The notes beneath the pieces are model-generated. The model was not told where the DNA came from and searched no databases. It saw only the letters and a program-made list of their open reading frames with translations. Shown piece after piece: positions 38,830-52,434 of a stretch of 64,000 nt of DNA. Position 1 is the stretch's first letter; every line of letters begins with the position of its first letter. The position numbers and the translations under genes were made by a program. The stretch comes from Eledone cirrhosa (lineage: Eukaryota): positions 310,186,001-310,250,000 of the forward strand of contig OZ024741.1 in assembly GCA_964016885.1 (NCBI GenBank), written 5' to 3'.

Positions 38830-41800
38830 CGGAGAAGATAGACGTGTTTTTGTTTCGCTCCTGCATTTTGTCGCAATTTATTACGACAAGCGGTAGGTTT
38901 GTTTAAGTAACTTGTTATTTGTTGTGTTTAAACCCTCGCCTGGGCCCGCAGACGTTGGGTAAAATAAATTTCGCCCCTTTTTGGGGCGAAATTTAATAGT
39001 TATAAGTTGTCGATAAAAAGTCGTTTAGTGACAATGGACGCCATTAATACGACGCATGCCACGCCCCCCAAGGAAAGTGATAGAGAGAAGGTAGCAGAAC
39101 AACGCTGTAAGCCGTCCCTCCTCACTCCCGCAAAAGACACCACGGAATCAAAAGAAAAAATTGTGAAAATGGGTGAAAACCCCAAAAGTAACAATTACAC
39201 AAACAAGAACAACAATGACAATAACAACACAACCAACAACAGCAACAATGACAATAACAACACAACCAACAACAGCAATAATGACAACACCAACAAAGGA
39301 AAAAAGCAAGCCAACACGAATAACAACAACAACAATGATAACAACACGAAAGAAAACGGACCCACAGCTGCAGTCTCCTTCGCACAGGCGCTCCGAGAAG
39401 CGCAGACATACAAGGCACTGGACATCTCGAATGCCAAGAAATTGCTGAAAGAAGCAAGGAATTGTGTAAATTTCGGGGAAGATGGGGAATTCACAATTAC
39501 CTCCCCCGAAGAAATTAGAAGGGACACAGTCCTCAGGACCGTAATCTTTAGGACAGTTTCGAACACGACTAGGAAACCGGCTCAATTGTCCCAAAGCGAA
39601 ATTGAGTTGGTCCTAAGTAGTGCCTGGAAGGATATCGCTTTCACACATATTTGGGGAAAAGAACTCAAAAGATAAGAATCTCGGGCATCAGGACAAATGC
39701 GAGCATTTGGTGGGTGCTAACGGGATTCTTAGAAGATGAGGACACAATCCTTTCGATAGGCGAATCCACCGGGGACGTATTCGGCGGCAATAGCCTTGAA
39801 GTTCTGGTCCAAATGAGACCAGAACGGATAGCAAGAATACCGCAGCGTGTGTCTCCCTGGATGGAGTCGCCTTCATAAACATTTCTGTAAAGGGCAGGCG
39901 GCCTTCATGCTACCACTGTTCAAGAAGTGGTCACCTGATGGCTTCCTGTCCCCTTTTAAATGCCCCCCCCCCCCCAAAAAGACGCTTCTGCCCACCCCAC
40001 ACACAACAACACAACCACCACCACCACCACCACCACCACCACCACCACCACAGTAACCACAACAACACAAGACACTGTCCCACCCAACCTCTCCCCACCT
40101 AAAACAAATACAAAAGCAACCACAACAAAACCCCAAAATATATCCCTCCCCAACAACATGGACGAGGACCCCTTATCAACGTCACCCAGTGACGACGAAG
40201 GAGAACCCTTTCAACCTGTAAAAAGAAAGAAAAGAAGGCACCACATCAACAAAAATGCAACAAACACACAACCACCAACACAAACAGAACAAACATCACA
40301 AACAAAAAAACCTACCCCTCCCGAAAACATAACACATTATACAAAACGCAAACACACAAGAACAACACACAAAAACAAACACAACACAACAAAAACAGTA
40401 TACATACATCAACACAAACAACAAAACACTTGTGCAAACAATAGACAAAGACCCTTCCGTGGAAACCGAAGGGAAAATGTTCACCAACGCGGCGACTAAA
40501 CCGCATTTAAAAATGATTAGGGTCCCAAAGGACACCTACGCAATGCTCAAACAGAACTTTCCCGAGGACGTGAGGAACCCCTGTACTAGACCTAGCAACC
40601 GCGTCCTCTTGAAATGTTTCCCCACCACCACCCCAGACACCCCTCCTCCACCAAATACCCCCACCCCACCACACACTGATGTCCGCACCACATCCCAAAC
40701 CACCACCCCACCAAACAACCCCGCCGACACCCCCATGGAAATTGTGCAGCCTGGTCCCCAGGAGAAGGACAGGTAGGTGTCTTTTCCTTTTTCTCCACTC
40801 TAAACTCTTCACCATCAACATGGCTGTTATAAGAGTTGGATGTTTAAATGTGCGCGGCCTGGGGATGTCCTGGTAGCAGGGAAAACTCTTAAATGACCTC
40901 AGGTCGCACAGAATGGATGTGATAGCTATTTGCGAGTCCAGGATCAGCAGCGAGCACCAACTGGCCCCCATCTTCGACGACTTTGAAATCTATGCATCTC
41001 TCTGTCAGCCGGGGGGTGGGGACGGGGTGGTCGTTCGGCTGCGAAAACACCTGGGCCTCGCAACACGGAAGGTACACCTGGACCGGAGGGTCGACTGGTG
41101 GTTCTAGACGTCGGCAGTAGTGAAGGTGGAGCCTTCAGGCTAGTGGAAGCGTATGCCCCATCTGGGACACCGCGACTGGACTTCTTCCAGCGCCTAGAGA
41201 CTTTTCTAGGAACGTCTCGCTCCTTGCTTTTAGTGGGGGACTGGAATCGTATCCTGGATGCACGTTGGGACTATGTAGGGGCATGTCCCGATAGAGGGGG
41301 TTGGGGGTGTAACAGCCTCAAACGGTTATCGGCCGATTTGATCTGGCCGATAGATATCGACTAGATTTTCTGACTGTGCCACTGTGGACGTGGACTAATC
41401 GCAGCAGAACATCTAGGTCGTACCTAGATAGGTTCTTAGTTAGAAATAAGGATAGGGACATATTAAGCTGTCCACGAATGTTCATGGTTGACTATTCGGA
41501 TCACAAGTTGGTGACGGGGCAATTGTCAACAGCAGGTGGTGGGGCTCTCTCAAAAGAGAAATTAGAATAGAATCGATAGGTTTTAGTCAGGAATTAGCAT
41601 CAGATAGGAATAGAACTGAAAGGGAATTGATAGATAGAGTAGAAGAGGCGATTAGGAGTGGCAACGTGGCCGGCGTGCTGGCGTCAAGAACGGCCCTAGA
41701 CCAGTTCTTTGATGCGAAGCACGAGGGCTGTGTTGTTAGGAGTAAAATACGTGCACTGGGTAACGAGGGAGCCAAAGCTGTTAGGTGGGCCCGAGTGACA

Positions 41801-44348
41801 GAGGCAAAAAGTGGAAACAAGTCCACGATTCGATCTTTGAAGGACCAGGATGGACGCGTGATCCTTGAACCTGAGCGGATGAGCGGGCCTTTCAACGGCG
41901 TTTTGCACGACTGTTCGGGAGGGGCGGCGGGCCGGGTGAGGCCATGGATTTCGGTCCATACCTCGACGGTCTGCCGCAGCTCTCGGACGGGGAGGCGAAG
42001 TCCTGCGAAAAGCCGATTTCAGCCGCTGAAATAGGGGAAGCGCTGAGCCAATGCGGCAAACGCAAATCTCCCGGTCTCGATGGTCTACCATACGAACTTT
42101 ATGTAGCGATGCCGGACTTGTTCTCCGATCTCCTCGAGGCGGTCTACTGCAACTGGCAACAGAACGAGAGAATTCCCAGTTCTATGACCAAGGGCGTAGT
42201 CACGCTGGTGAGGAAGGACGAGAACAAGGGGGATGGCATAGATAATTTCAGGCCTATAACTCTGGTAAACACAGAGTTAAAGATTTTGGCCAAGGTGTTA
42301 GCGAAGAGGTTAGCGCTTGTCGTCGGGAACCTGATGGGAGAAGCGCAGACTTGCGCAATCCCGTCCAGGTCCATACACGACAACCTCCACCTCATGCGAT
42401 TCATCGTAGAGAGGGTAGAGAACGAACCCGGCTTTGGTGGGGCCCTGATCAACTTGGATTAATCTAAGGCGTTCGATAGAGTCGACCATCGGTACCTAGA
42501 TGCGGTGCTCGCGGCGGCAGGCTTCGGACCCGTATTCAGGGGCTGGATTGCTGCAATGCACAGCAGCAACACCTGCTCGAGGGTCAAGGTGAACGGCTAC
42601 CTCTCGGAGCCGTTCCAAATCGCGCGATCCATCCGACAAGAATGCCCTCTCTCCTCCCTTCTGTATGTGCTGGCTCTCGAACCACTACTGCGGAAGTTGG
42701 AGCTGTTGCAGGGAATCCCCTTGGAACCGGGATTGCGGAAAGCGGTGTCGGCCTACGCCGATGACGTGACAGTAATGGTGTCGTGCGCCTCGGAAATCGG
42801 GCAGATCGGCACCTTACTGGAGGAATACGAAAGGTTTACAGGAGCCAAGCTGAACCGGGACAAATCCGTCGGTTTGCAACTCGGAACGTGGAGAGGCAAA
42901 CTGATACCTTCCGACGGCGTCGTCGGACGCTGGACGGAGGGAACGGTGAAGCTGCTCGGGGTCTGGTTCGGACCGGACCTCCAGGTGGAGAAAAACTGGG
43001 ACGAGGTAACGGGCAGGGTGTTTGCACTCGCCCAGAAGTGGGCCGAGTGCAAACTATCCCTAAAAGGCCGAGCGGAGGTGGCGAACACTTATATAGCGTC
43101 CGTCATCTACTACCGCTTGACCGTCGTGCCTTGCCCAGCGAAAACGCTCGCCAAAATGGAGCGCGCGCTCTTCCGATTCCTTTGGAAGAAGCGGGCCCCT
43201 TTGGTGAGAAGATCCATCTGCTGTCAACACCCTTCGAACGGAGGGATGCCGTGGCATTAAGGTTACGGCACCTCCATGTATTCCTCACCGGTCAGCCGGT
43301 GTGGGCCCCTTTTTTGAGGCGAGCCTTTCCGAGACTTGTCTCACTCACCGAGCTGCAATCCTGGGTCAAGCAAAGACCGAGAAAAGTGGGCGACTGGTAC
43401 ATTGAATGTGCCCAGGCGCTCACGGCCCTCTGTCAAGCAGATCCGGCAATCAGTGGAGACTCAACCTCAACATTCTATAGAGGGTTGGTGCGCAGCAAGT
43501 GCGACGACGCTCTCGAAGAGGCTCTGGGCATGGGGGAAGACAAGCTAGCCAGTCTGTTCGGTAGGACGTTTGGCCCGGGACCGATGGACAACTTCCAAAA
43601 GTCCCTGGCTTGGCAGTGCTACCGAGGAGCTCTACCCGTTCGGGACAAGCTCTACAGACATGGGCGCCCGGGTAGGGACCCTTCGAAGAAGATCTGTCCG
43701 AGATGCGTGCGTGACGAGGAAACTGTCGCGCACGCATTCGTACACTTCCCTGGCGTTGCTGACCTGTGGGGCTATGTGGAACGACTACTGTCGCGGGTGG
43801 GACCAATCCGGTTGACCACTGAGTACATTGTCACCATCAAACCACCTCCCCCCTTCAAAAACGAAGGAGAGGCGGTTTTCCTCTGTGTGATAGCTATGGC
43901 GAAAGAGGTTGTATGGTGGACGAAGTTGAAAGAGCTGAGGTCAACACTTTTCTCTCCGGCCAACAACTGGTCCTGTTTTTCAAGTACCATTTTAGAAGAA
44001 GGATCAGAATGGAGAGAGAGGTGCTCTACCCCAGCAAGTTTTATGAAAGGTGGGTGAAAGTGGCGAGAATGGCCCGAGTGAATGGGCCTTCTCTCTATAT
44101 CAGCCTGTAGGTGAGAGAGGAGAAGGAGGAGAGGAAGGGAGCACCCGCTCTTTGTGCTCCTGAGGAGGAGGGTTGCACATTTTTTTCGGGGGTCTGTGCG
44201 ACCCACGTCAACGCCCCCTCCCTATTGAGGACTTCGATTGTTGAATTTGATTTGTTATATGTTTTTACACGTCCTTTGAAATGTATGTAAACTCCCCCCT
44301 TGTATTTGTCCCAATCTTTGATGCCCTGGTGGCAAATAAATAGAAAGT
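38830..44348 (+). mobile_element. Tx1-clade (L1 group) non-LTR retrotransposon, copy A, full length, decayed
   Basis: ORF1 remnant 39034-40776 with CYHCSRSGHLMASC knuckle; ORF2 remnant 40820-44110 (LNVRGL, GDWN, SDH, SPGLDG, FRPITL, YADD, CPRC...H); AATAAA at 44335, then (TATC)n. Confidence 0.93.
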
Positions 44349-44369
44349 TATCTATCTATCTATCTATCT

Positions 44370-44477
44370 GGGATTATTTGTTGTTTTATTAATAATTTTA
44401 TTTTCATATACCTGTATGTAAACTCCCCATTTGTATTTGTCCCCTTCTTTTGTGCCCTTGTGGCTAATAAAGAAATT
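44370..44477 (+). mobile_element. 3'-terminal fragment of the same Tx1 family (severely 5'-truncated insertion)
   Basis: TGTAAACTCCCC..TTGTATTTGTCCC..TGCCCTTGTGGCTAATAAAGAAA matches the 3' ends of copies A-C; lies between TATC repeats. Confidence 0.85.
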
Positions 44478-44486
44478 TATCCATCT

Positions 44487-47400
44487 GGGATGAACACACG
44501 TGTGAAACTTGCTGGGTAAGTTCTACTTAAATTTCTATAGAAATTCTTGACTGTGAGCCTTCATTTTTATACCAATTTGTAGAGGGACTGCTAGCTCAAA
44601 TTTTGATTTGGTCAGTCTCTCAAAATATTCTACGCCTTTAGGCGAAATAGTTCATGAAAAAAAAAGTAACGTTTTAAAAAAATGGCTGTAGCAACAGCTT
44701 CTTCACCAACATTCGAAGGAGGAAAAGGGAAGATATGCTTACAGCTTCCCCCTTCCACTGTCATAGTAGCAGATGTCTTAGACAAAGGTCAGACAGAAGA
44801 AGGATTTTCTTCACCTGCTGCCCAACAACTTGACGTTGCCATGGCAACAAACCAAAACCAAAAGTGTGAAACAATGAACAACAACAACAATGCTATGAAC
44901 GAAAACAACACCAACAACAACGAAGTCAACAACAATAACAAGAACAACAACAACAAAAAAAACAACTCCAGCACAAGCGAAAACAACCAAACACACACAC
45001 ACACACACAAAAAAAAGGAAACGTTTGCAGAAGCCCTTGCCAAAGAGACAGATTTTATAGAAAAAGATCTGTCAAACCGAGCGCACCACCTATAGGACGC
45101 TGCGCAACATATAACTTTCGAAGGTAACGGCTATCGAATAAGTACCCCACCGGAAATTAGGGCCGCGATCTTAAGAAAAACAATTTTCTTCCGGACGATC
45201 TGCTCACAAACCAAGAAATCTATGGCTTTAAGCAATAGCACGATGGAAACCGCTCTAAAGGAGGCAATGCCAGACATTGCTTACTTCCAGAGGGCCAAGC
45301 AGTACGGGATCATCTCGGTGCTCTTTAAAAGCGAGGCCCTCGCCCAGAAATATTCGGTGGCTCCAATTAGAACGAGCCAACACATCTTCTTCCCAACATA
45401 CATGGGAAGAAGAACCCATAAAATAAGAGATTCCACCGAACACCAACATTTGGTGGATCCTGGGTGGTTTTTTGGAGGAGGGTGAAGACAACTTCCTCTT
45501 TGTAAAAAAATCAATCCGACAGAACTGGAACGGGACCTCAATGGAACTGTTGGTTCAAATGAAACCGAAGAGGATTAAAAAAATACCGGAAAGGGTGCTG
45601 GTGGATGATAACCATGTTATCCACATCGCAGTGGCGGGCAAAAGACCACGATGTTTCAAATGTGGAAAAAAACAAACATTTAAAAACATTTTGCCCAATG
45701 ATGGATGTGGAAAAACTAAAGAAGGCGTTGTTGCCAACCCCAAAACTACAACAGACACACTCGAAGACAAAAAACACAACCCCGAAACCATCAACATTCA
45801 CCCAACCATCACAAACCACAAAAGACACCACTCCAAAAATTCCCCTCTGTCCAACACTCCCCCCCAAACAAACACGCAAACACTCCACCACAACACAACA
45901 TACCCCTCCCACCTACCCACAATGATAACACCTCAGACACGGGAACCTCTACATCTCCAAGTGAGGAAGAAGAGGAACCCCAAAAATCCAAGAAGCAAAA
46001 AAGACAGAAAAAATACAAAAACATCAACTGAAAACACGCACATACCCAACACTGACATAAACGACAACCATACCAACAACACAACCAGACACTTCACCAA
46101 CAAAACTAACACCTACACCACCACAATCACAAACCCCAACCACAAAAAGAAAACTACAAACAGAAACAGTACACATAAAAAACAAAACACACTACACATA
46201 CATAAAAACAAGAAACAAAGAACTGGTGGAAACTGTCCGAAAGGACTCCACAATACAAACGGAAAGGAAAACCTTCCCCACCAACGACCCACCCCAAACC
46301 GCAAACTTATCAGGATAACAACCCTACAGTACGATTCTTTAAAAAGGAACTTCCCACATGATGTGGGCCCACCTTGTCAAAAACCCCTTAACCGTGTCCC
46401 TGCTAAAAGGATTCCCTCCCTCCCCAAACACCACCAATATGGACATGGAGATCGAACAACCCGACCTCCAGGAAACGAAAAGGTAAGTGTTCCTGCCTTT
46501 TCTCTCCTTAACTCTTCTTCACCAACATGGCGACTATACAAGCTGGATGTTTGAATGTACGTGGTCTGGACATGCCCTGGAAACAGGGCCAGCTTTTAAA
46601 TGATCTCAGGTCACATTGTATAGATGTGATAGCCATCACCGAGTCCAGGATTCACGACAAGCAGCAGCTAACCCTCATGTTCGATGACTTTGAGATCTAC
46701 GCATCTCTCTGTCAGCCAGGGGGTGGAGGGGGAGTTGCTGTTCTGTTTCGAAAAAACTTGGATCTCAAAGCACAGACGATTCACTTGGACCCGGAGGGCA
46801 GTTGGGTGGTCCTGGACGTGAATGGTAGTGAAGGTGGAGCTTTCAGACTGGTGGCCGTATATGCCCCGACTGGGACATCGCGACCAGAGTTCTTCAAGCG
46901 ACTGGAGCCATTCCTGAGAACGTCTCGCTCCTTAGTATTAGCGGGGGACTGGAATGGCATCTTAGATGCACGTTGGGACTATGTAGGAGCTTGTGATAAT
47001 AGAGTGGGGTGTAATAGCCTAAAAAATCTCATCAGCCAATTCCAACTGGCTGATAGATATCGACTAGACTTCCCAAGTGTATCACTGTGGACTTGGAGCA
47101 ATCGCACTGGTTCTTCTAGATTCTATTTAGATAGATTTTTAATTAGACAGAATGATAAGGAAACATTAAGCTGTCCACAAATGCACATGGTTGCCTATTC
47201 AGACCACAAATTAGTCACCTGCGTAGTCAACCTTGATAGGGACCCGGATACAGGAAGCTAAACATGTCGCTTCCGGCGCGTAAAGCCTACAGTAAACGGT
47301 TTAGCACCTTAGTTAAGTGCCAGTTGACGGGGGCGATCGTCAACAACAGGTAGTGGAGCTCTCTCAAGAGAACAATTAGAATAGAAACGATAGCCTTTAG

Positions 47401-50175
47401 CAAGGAAGTAGCTTAAGGAAAAAACAAAACCGAAAAGGACAGTTCTTTTTCGGTAGCTAAAGTAGAAGAGGCACTTAGGAATGTCAGTACAGCTGACGTG
47501 CTAGCGGCGAGAACGGCACTATACCAGTTCTTCAACGTGAAACACGAAGGTTGTATTGTCAGAAGTAGAACACGTGCTCTAAGAAACGAGGGAGCAGAGG
47601 CGAAAAGTGGCAACAAATCCACAATTCGGTCTTTGCAAGACAAAGATGGACGCATTCTACTTGAAACCAAGTAGATGTGCACGGCCTTCCAGCAGCATTT
47701 TGCACAACTGTTCGGGCAAAGCGGTGCGTCGAGGGAGGTGACGGACTTCAGCTCCTACCTCGACGGCGTACCACGACTCTCGAGCACGGATGCAGAGAGC
47801 TGCGAAAGGCCGATCACAGCGGGCTAAATAGAAGATGCCCTAGGCCGCTGCGGGAAACGCAAATCACCCGGTTTAGATGGTCTACCCTATGAGTTTTACA
47901 TAGGCTAGCCAGATTTGTTCTCTGGCGTCCTCGAAGCGGTCTACTGTAACTGCCAGCAGAATGGGAGGATTCCCAGTTCTGTAAGCAGAGGCGTAGTAAC
48001 GCTGATCAGGAAAGATGAGAACAAGGGGGATGAGATAAGCAATTTCAGGCCCATAACTCTGCTCAACACAGAGTTAAAGATTTTGGCCAAGGTGTTAGCA
48101 GCGAGGCTGGCGCTTGTCGTCGAGAACCTGGTAGGGGAAGCGCAAACGTGTGCAATCCCGACCAGGTCCATTCACGACACCCTCCACTTCATGAGATACA
48201 TCATAGAGAGGGTGGGGTGTAAACCTGGCTTCGGCGGGGCTCTGATCAATTTAGATCAGTCTAAGGCATTTGATAAAGTCGACCATCAATACTTGGAAGT
48301 GGTTCTCAAGGCGGCCGGCTTCGGTCCCGTCTTCAGAGGTTGGATCGCTGCCATGCACACCAGCATCTGCACGGCAATCAAGGTGAATGGCTACCTATCG
48401 GAGCCATTCCAAATCATGCGTTCCATCCGCCAGGGATGGCCTCTCTCCTCCATTCTGTATTACTGACTCTCGAGCCATTACTGCGGAAGTTGGAGCTGTT
48501 GCAGGGCATCCCGATCGAACCAGGACTGCGGAGAGCAGCGTCGGCCTATTCCCGACGACATAACCGTAATGGTGTCGAAGACCTCGGAAATCGGGGTAAT
48601 CGGCAACCTATTACAGAAATACAAAACGTTGACAGGAGGAAGACTAAACCCAAACAAGTCTGTCGGTTTGCAACTCGGCACATGGAGAGGCAAACCCATG
48701 CCTTCCGACAGTGTCGCTGGACGCTGGACAGAAGGACCGGTGAAATTGCTCGGGGTCTGGTTTAGTCCAGACCTCCAGGTGGACAAGAACTGGAACGAGG
48801 TCATGGCGAAGGTGTTTCCACTCACCCAGAAGTGGGCTGAGTGCAAACTCTCCTTGAAAGGTCAAGCGGAGGTGGCGAACACTTACATAGCGTCCGTCAT
48901 CTACTACCGCTTGACAATCATGCCTTGTCCCCGCGAATACCTCACCAAAATGGAACGCCTACTCTTCAAGTTCCTCTGGAAGAAACAGGCTCCATTGGTG
49001 AGGAGATTCATCTGCTGTCAACACCCTTCTAACGGAGGGCTGGGCATGCCATGGCTGATGATGCGCAAACACGCGCTGAGGCTACGCCATCTCCAGGTAT
49101 TCCTGATCGGTGAACCGGTGTGGCTGTCGTTTGTGAGACAAACTCTTCCACAACTCGTCTCACTAACAGAGCTGCAGTCCTGGGTCAAGCAAAGACCGAA
49201 AATGGGTGCCTGGCACCTCGAGTGCCTTCAGGCGCTCACAGCCATCTACCAAGCGGAGCCGGCAATCAGCGGAGACACCACCTCGATATTCTATAGGGGA
49301 TTTGTGGAGGATAAGTGCGACGACGTTCTTGGGGAAACTCTAGGCATCGAGGAGGACGAACTGACCAGTATGTTCGGGAGGACTTTCCGTCCAGGGCCTA
49401 TGGATAACTTCCAGAAGTCTCTGGTCTGGCAGTGCTACCGAGGAGCTCTACCATTTCGAGATAAAATCTACAGGCACGGACGCCCTGGCAGAGATCATGC
49501 CAAAAGGACCTGTCCAAGATGCGAGCAGGACATCGAAACCGTTCTGCACGCAATTGTTCAGTGCCCAGAGGTGACCGACCTGTGGAATTAGGTCGAACAG
49601 CTACTGTCACGTGTGGGACCTATCCAGTTGTCAGCCGAGTCTATCGTGAGGATCAACCCGCCGCCTTCTTTATTTAATAATGAAGGAGAGGCGGTTTTCC
49701 TCTGTCTGGTGGCTATGGCGAAAGAGGTAATATGGTGGACGAGGTTAAAAGGACTGAGGGCAAATATCTTTCTCTCCAGACAACAACTTATCCCCTTCTT
49801 TAAGTACCACTTCAGAAGGCAGGTGAGAGGGGATAAAGAGGAGCTACACCCCAGTAAATTCGCTGAAAGGTGGGTGAATGTGGCGAAAATGGCCCGAGTA
49901 AATGTATATAAACCTGTAGATTGAGGAAGATAAACAGAGCGAAGACAGGAACACCCACAGAACGTGTTCCTGGAGTTGAGGGTTGTTCTATCCACGGGGT
50001 GTAAAACAACCATGCAGCAACGTTCCCCCCTATTGGGGATTTCAATTGTTATTTTATTATATATAGTTTATTGTTATTTATTAATGTTAAAGTTATATGA
50101 CTTTTATGTAAAACCCCCGCCGTCACGTCATGTAATGTCCCATTTTTGTACGCCCCTGTAGCAAATAAAGAAAGA
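44487..50175 (+). mobile_element. Tx1-clade non-LTR retrotransposon, copy B, full length, decayed
   Basis: ORF1 remnant 44682-46486; ORF2 remnant 46527-49919 with APE endonuclease, RT and C-terminal Cys/His motif; AATAAA at 50164; followed by (TATC)n 50176-50272. Confidence 0.93.
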
Positions 50176-50274
<99 letters not shown>

Positions 50275-51183
50275 ACGATGGACACATGTGCTGATCTCGC
50301 TCGGTAAGTTTCATTTAAATTTATCTGGAAATTGTGAACTGTAAACTTTCATTTTCGTACCATTTTGTAGAGGCACTGCCAGGTCAAATTTTGATCTGGT
50401 CAGTCTCTCAAAATATTCTACGCCTTTAGGCGAAATAGTGTTGTAAACATTTTATCTTTCGAAAAATTTCGAAAAATCCTATTTTGAGAAAAATTGCTGA
50501 AGCATCTTCACCAACAATCAAAGAAAGAAAAGGGAAGTCATACTCACAGCTTCCCCCTGCCACTGTCACAGCAGCAGATGCCAAAGGCAGAGGTCAGCCA
50601 GAGGAAGAATTTTCTTCACCTGTTGACCGACAACTTGATGTAGCCACAACTATACAAGAAACTGAAAACAACAACAACAACGACAACAACAGCAACAATA
50701 AAGACAACAAAAACAACAACAACACAAACGTCACATATGTAGTAAACACTTCCTTTCGTAAAGAAAGGGAATTTCACACAACAAAAAATGAAAATAACAG
50801 CCCACAACAGACACCAAAAAATACAGAAAATGAAAAAATTGAAAACACATCCAACAATACCAATCAAAAGGAAAAAAATGTCAACACAAACACCAAAGAA
50901 AATACAAACAACAGTGACAACAACAGCAACATTTCTTTTGCTGATACCGTAAAAAAACCCGGAAATATTTCAACTTTTGGATTTAACCAACGCGAAACAA
51001 AAGTTGGAAGATGCTAAACAATATGTGACTTTTGGACCCAATGGGTCATTTAGCATAAATTCACCACAAGAACTAAGGAGAGAAAATGCCCTGAACACGG
51101 TGGTTTTCAGGACAATCACAAATGCATAAAAAAAACCAGCTCAACTATCTCAGAGTGAGATTGAGCTAGTATTAAGGAACCAC

Positions 51184-52434
51184 ATGGATAACATTTTATT
51201 TATTCAGAAAGCCAAACTTTTCGGCAGCATCTCGGTGCTAATGAAAAACAACATAACAGCACAAAAATATTCCATCGCGCCCATTGTGTCCACCCATTTT
51301 ACATTTTTCCCTACATACATGGGAAAAAGAACGCAAAAAATAAAAATTACATGTATAAGACCCAAAGTAAATATTTGGTGGATACTTTATGGCCTAATTG
51401 ACCTTGAACAAGACACTTTGATCTCAGTAGGAAAATCCTCCAGAGATATATTTAGTGGGACTAGCATCGAAATTCTGGTGCAGATGAGCCCAGAACGTAT
51501 AATGAAAATCCCACAGAGAGTACCTCTGGATGGACAGACCTACATAAACATTTCGGTTGAGGGTAGGCGGTCCGCATGTTACCACTGCGCAAGCAGAGGT
51601 CACCTAAGGGCTGCCTGTCCTCAATTGACAAAAAACCCCACACTTTTACCAACACCACAAATAACAACACAACCACCACCACCACCAGCACCACGACAAC
51701 AAGAAAAAACAACAGAGAACAATATTCCACCCAACTCCTCCCCACCCAAAACAAATACAAAAACACACACAGACACTACAGAACCCCAAAACATACCCCT
51801 ACCCATCAACACGGATGAGGAACCCCTATCGACGGCACCCAGCGGCGATGAGGAGGAAACCTTCCAACCCGTGAAAAGAATAAAAAGAAAGAACCGCATG
51901 AACAAAAACGAAACAAACACACAAACAGCACAAAAATCACAAACAAAAGTTCCCCCTCTCGAAAACAAAATACCCACAACAAAGAGAAAACACGTGCAGG
52001 AACCACAGACAAAAACAAACACAACACAGGAAAAGTACACATACACTTACATAAACGAAGAAAATAGAACACTGATGGAGACCATCAGAAACAACCCTTT
52101 GGTCAAAACCGAAGGGAAAACTTTGGATAGGTCCAACAAAAACAAAAAAATGAACCTAAAACTGATCAGGGTCCCTATAGGAACTTATAGATCCCTAAAA
52201 GAAACATTTGTAGAGGACGTAGGGAATTCCTGCGTGAAACCAATCAACCGCGTCCTCTACAAAGACCTCCCCACCACAGGCACCCCCACCCAAGTCATCC
52301 CCACCCCACCAGACACCCCTTCCTCACCAAACACCACCGTCTCCACCCCACCAGAAACCACCACCCCACCCAACAACCCATCCCCCACCCTCATGGAAAT
52401 TGTGCAGCCCGATACCCGGGACGCAGAGAGGTAA
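51184..52434 (+). CDS. Tx1 copy C ORF1, open C-terminal part (CCHC zinc knuckle, Thr/Pro-rich tail)
   Basis: CYHCASRGHLRAAC = CX2CX4HX4C; ends MEIVQPDTRDAER*. Confidence 0.8.
   Translation: MDNILFIQKAKLFGSISVLMKNNITAQKYSIAPIVSTHFTFFPTYMGKRTQKIKITCIRPKVNIWWILYGLIDLEQDTLISVGKSSRDIFSGTSIEILVQMSPERIMKIPQRVPLDGQTYINISVEGRRSACYHCASRGHLRAACPQLTKNPTLLPTPQITTQPPPPPAPRQQEKTTENNIPPNSSPPKTNTKTHTDTTEPQNIPLPINTDEEPLSTAPSGDEEETFQPVKRIKRKNRMNKNETNTQTAQKSQTKVPPLENKIPTTKRKHVQEPQTKTNTTQEKYTYTYINEENRTLMETIRNNPLVKTEGKTLDRSNKNKKMNLKLIRVPIGTYRSLKETFVEDVGNSCVKPINRVLYKDLPTTGTPTQVIPTPPDTPSSPNTTVSTPPETTTPPNNPSPTLMEIVQPDTRDAER

Noticed and set aside
44154-44210. Hammerhead core CTGAGGA between 3'UTR hairpins H1 and H2
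   Set aside because: No GAAA after H2, no NUH site, and not conserved in copy B.
44484-44525. Hammerhead ribozyme at the 5' end of Tx1 copy B (GATGA-ACAC..GTGT-GAAA-CTTGC..GTAAG-TT)
   Set aside because: CUGANGA is incomplete, there is no stem I, and copy C lacks GAAA at the homologous position.
50290-50440. Spliced-leader RNA or U5 snRNA in the Tx1 5'UTR (GGTAAG plus AATTTTGA; GCCTTTA)
   Set aside because: The Sm-like motif is buried in a hairpin and absent from copy A; the U5 loop GCCUUUUAC is not matched.
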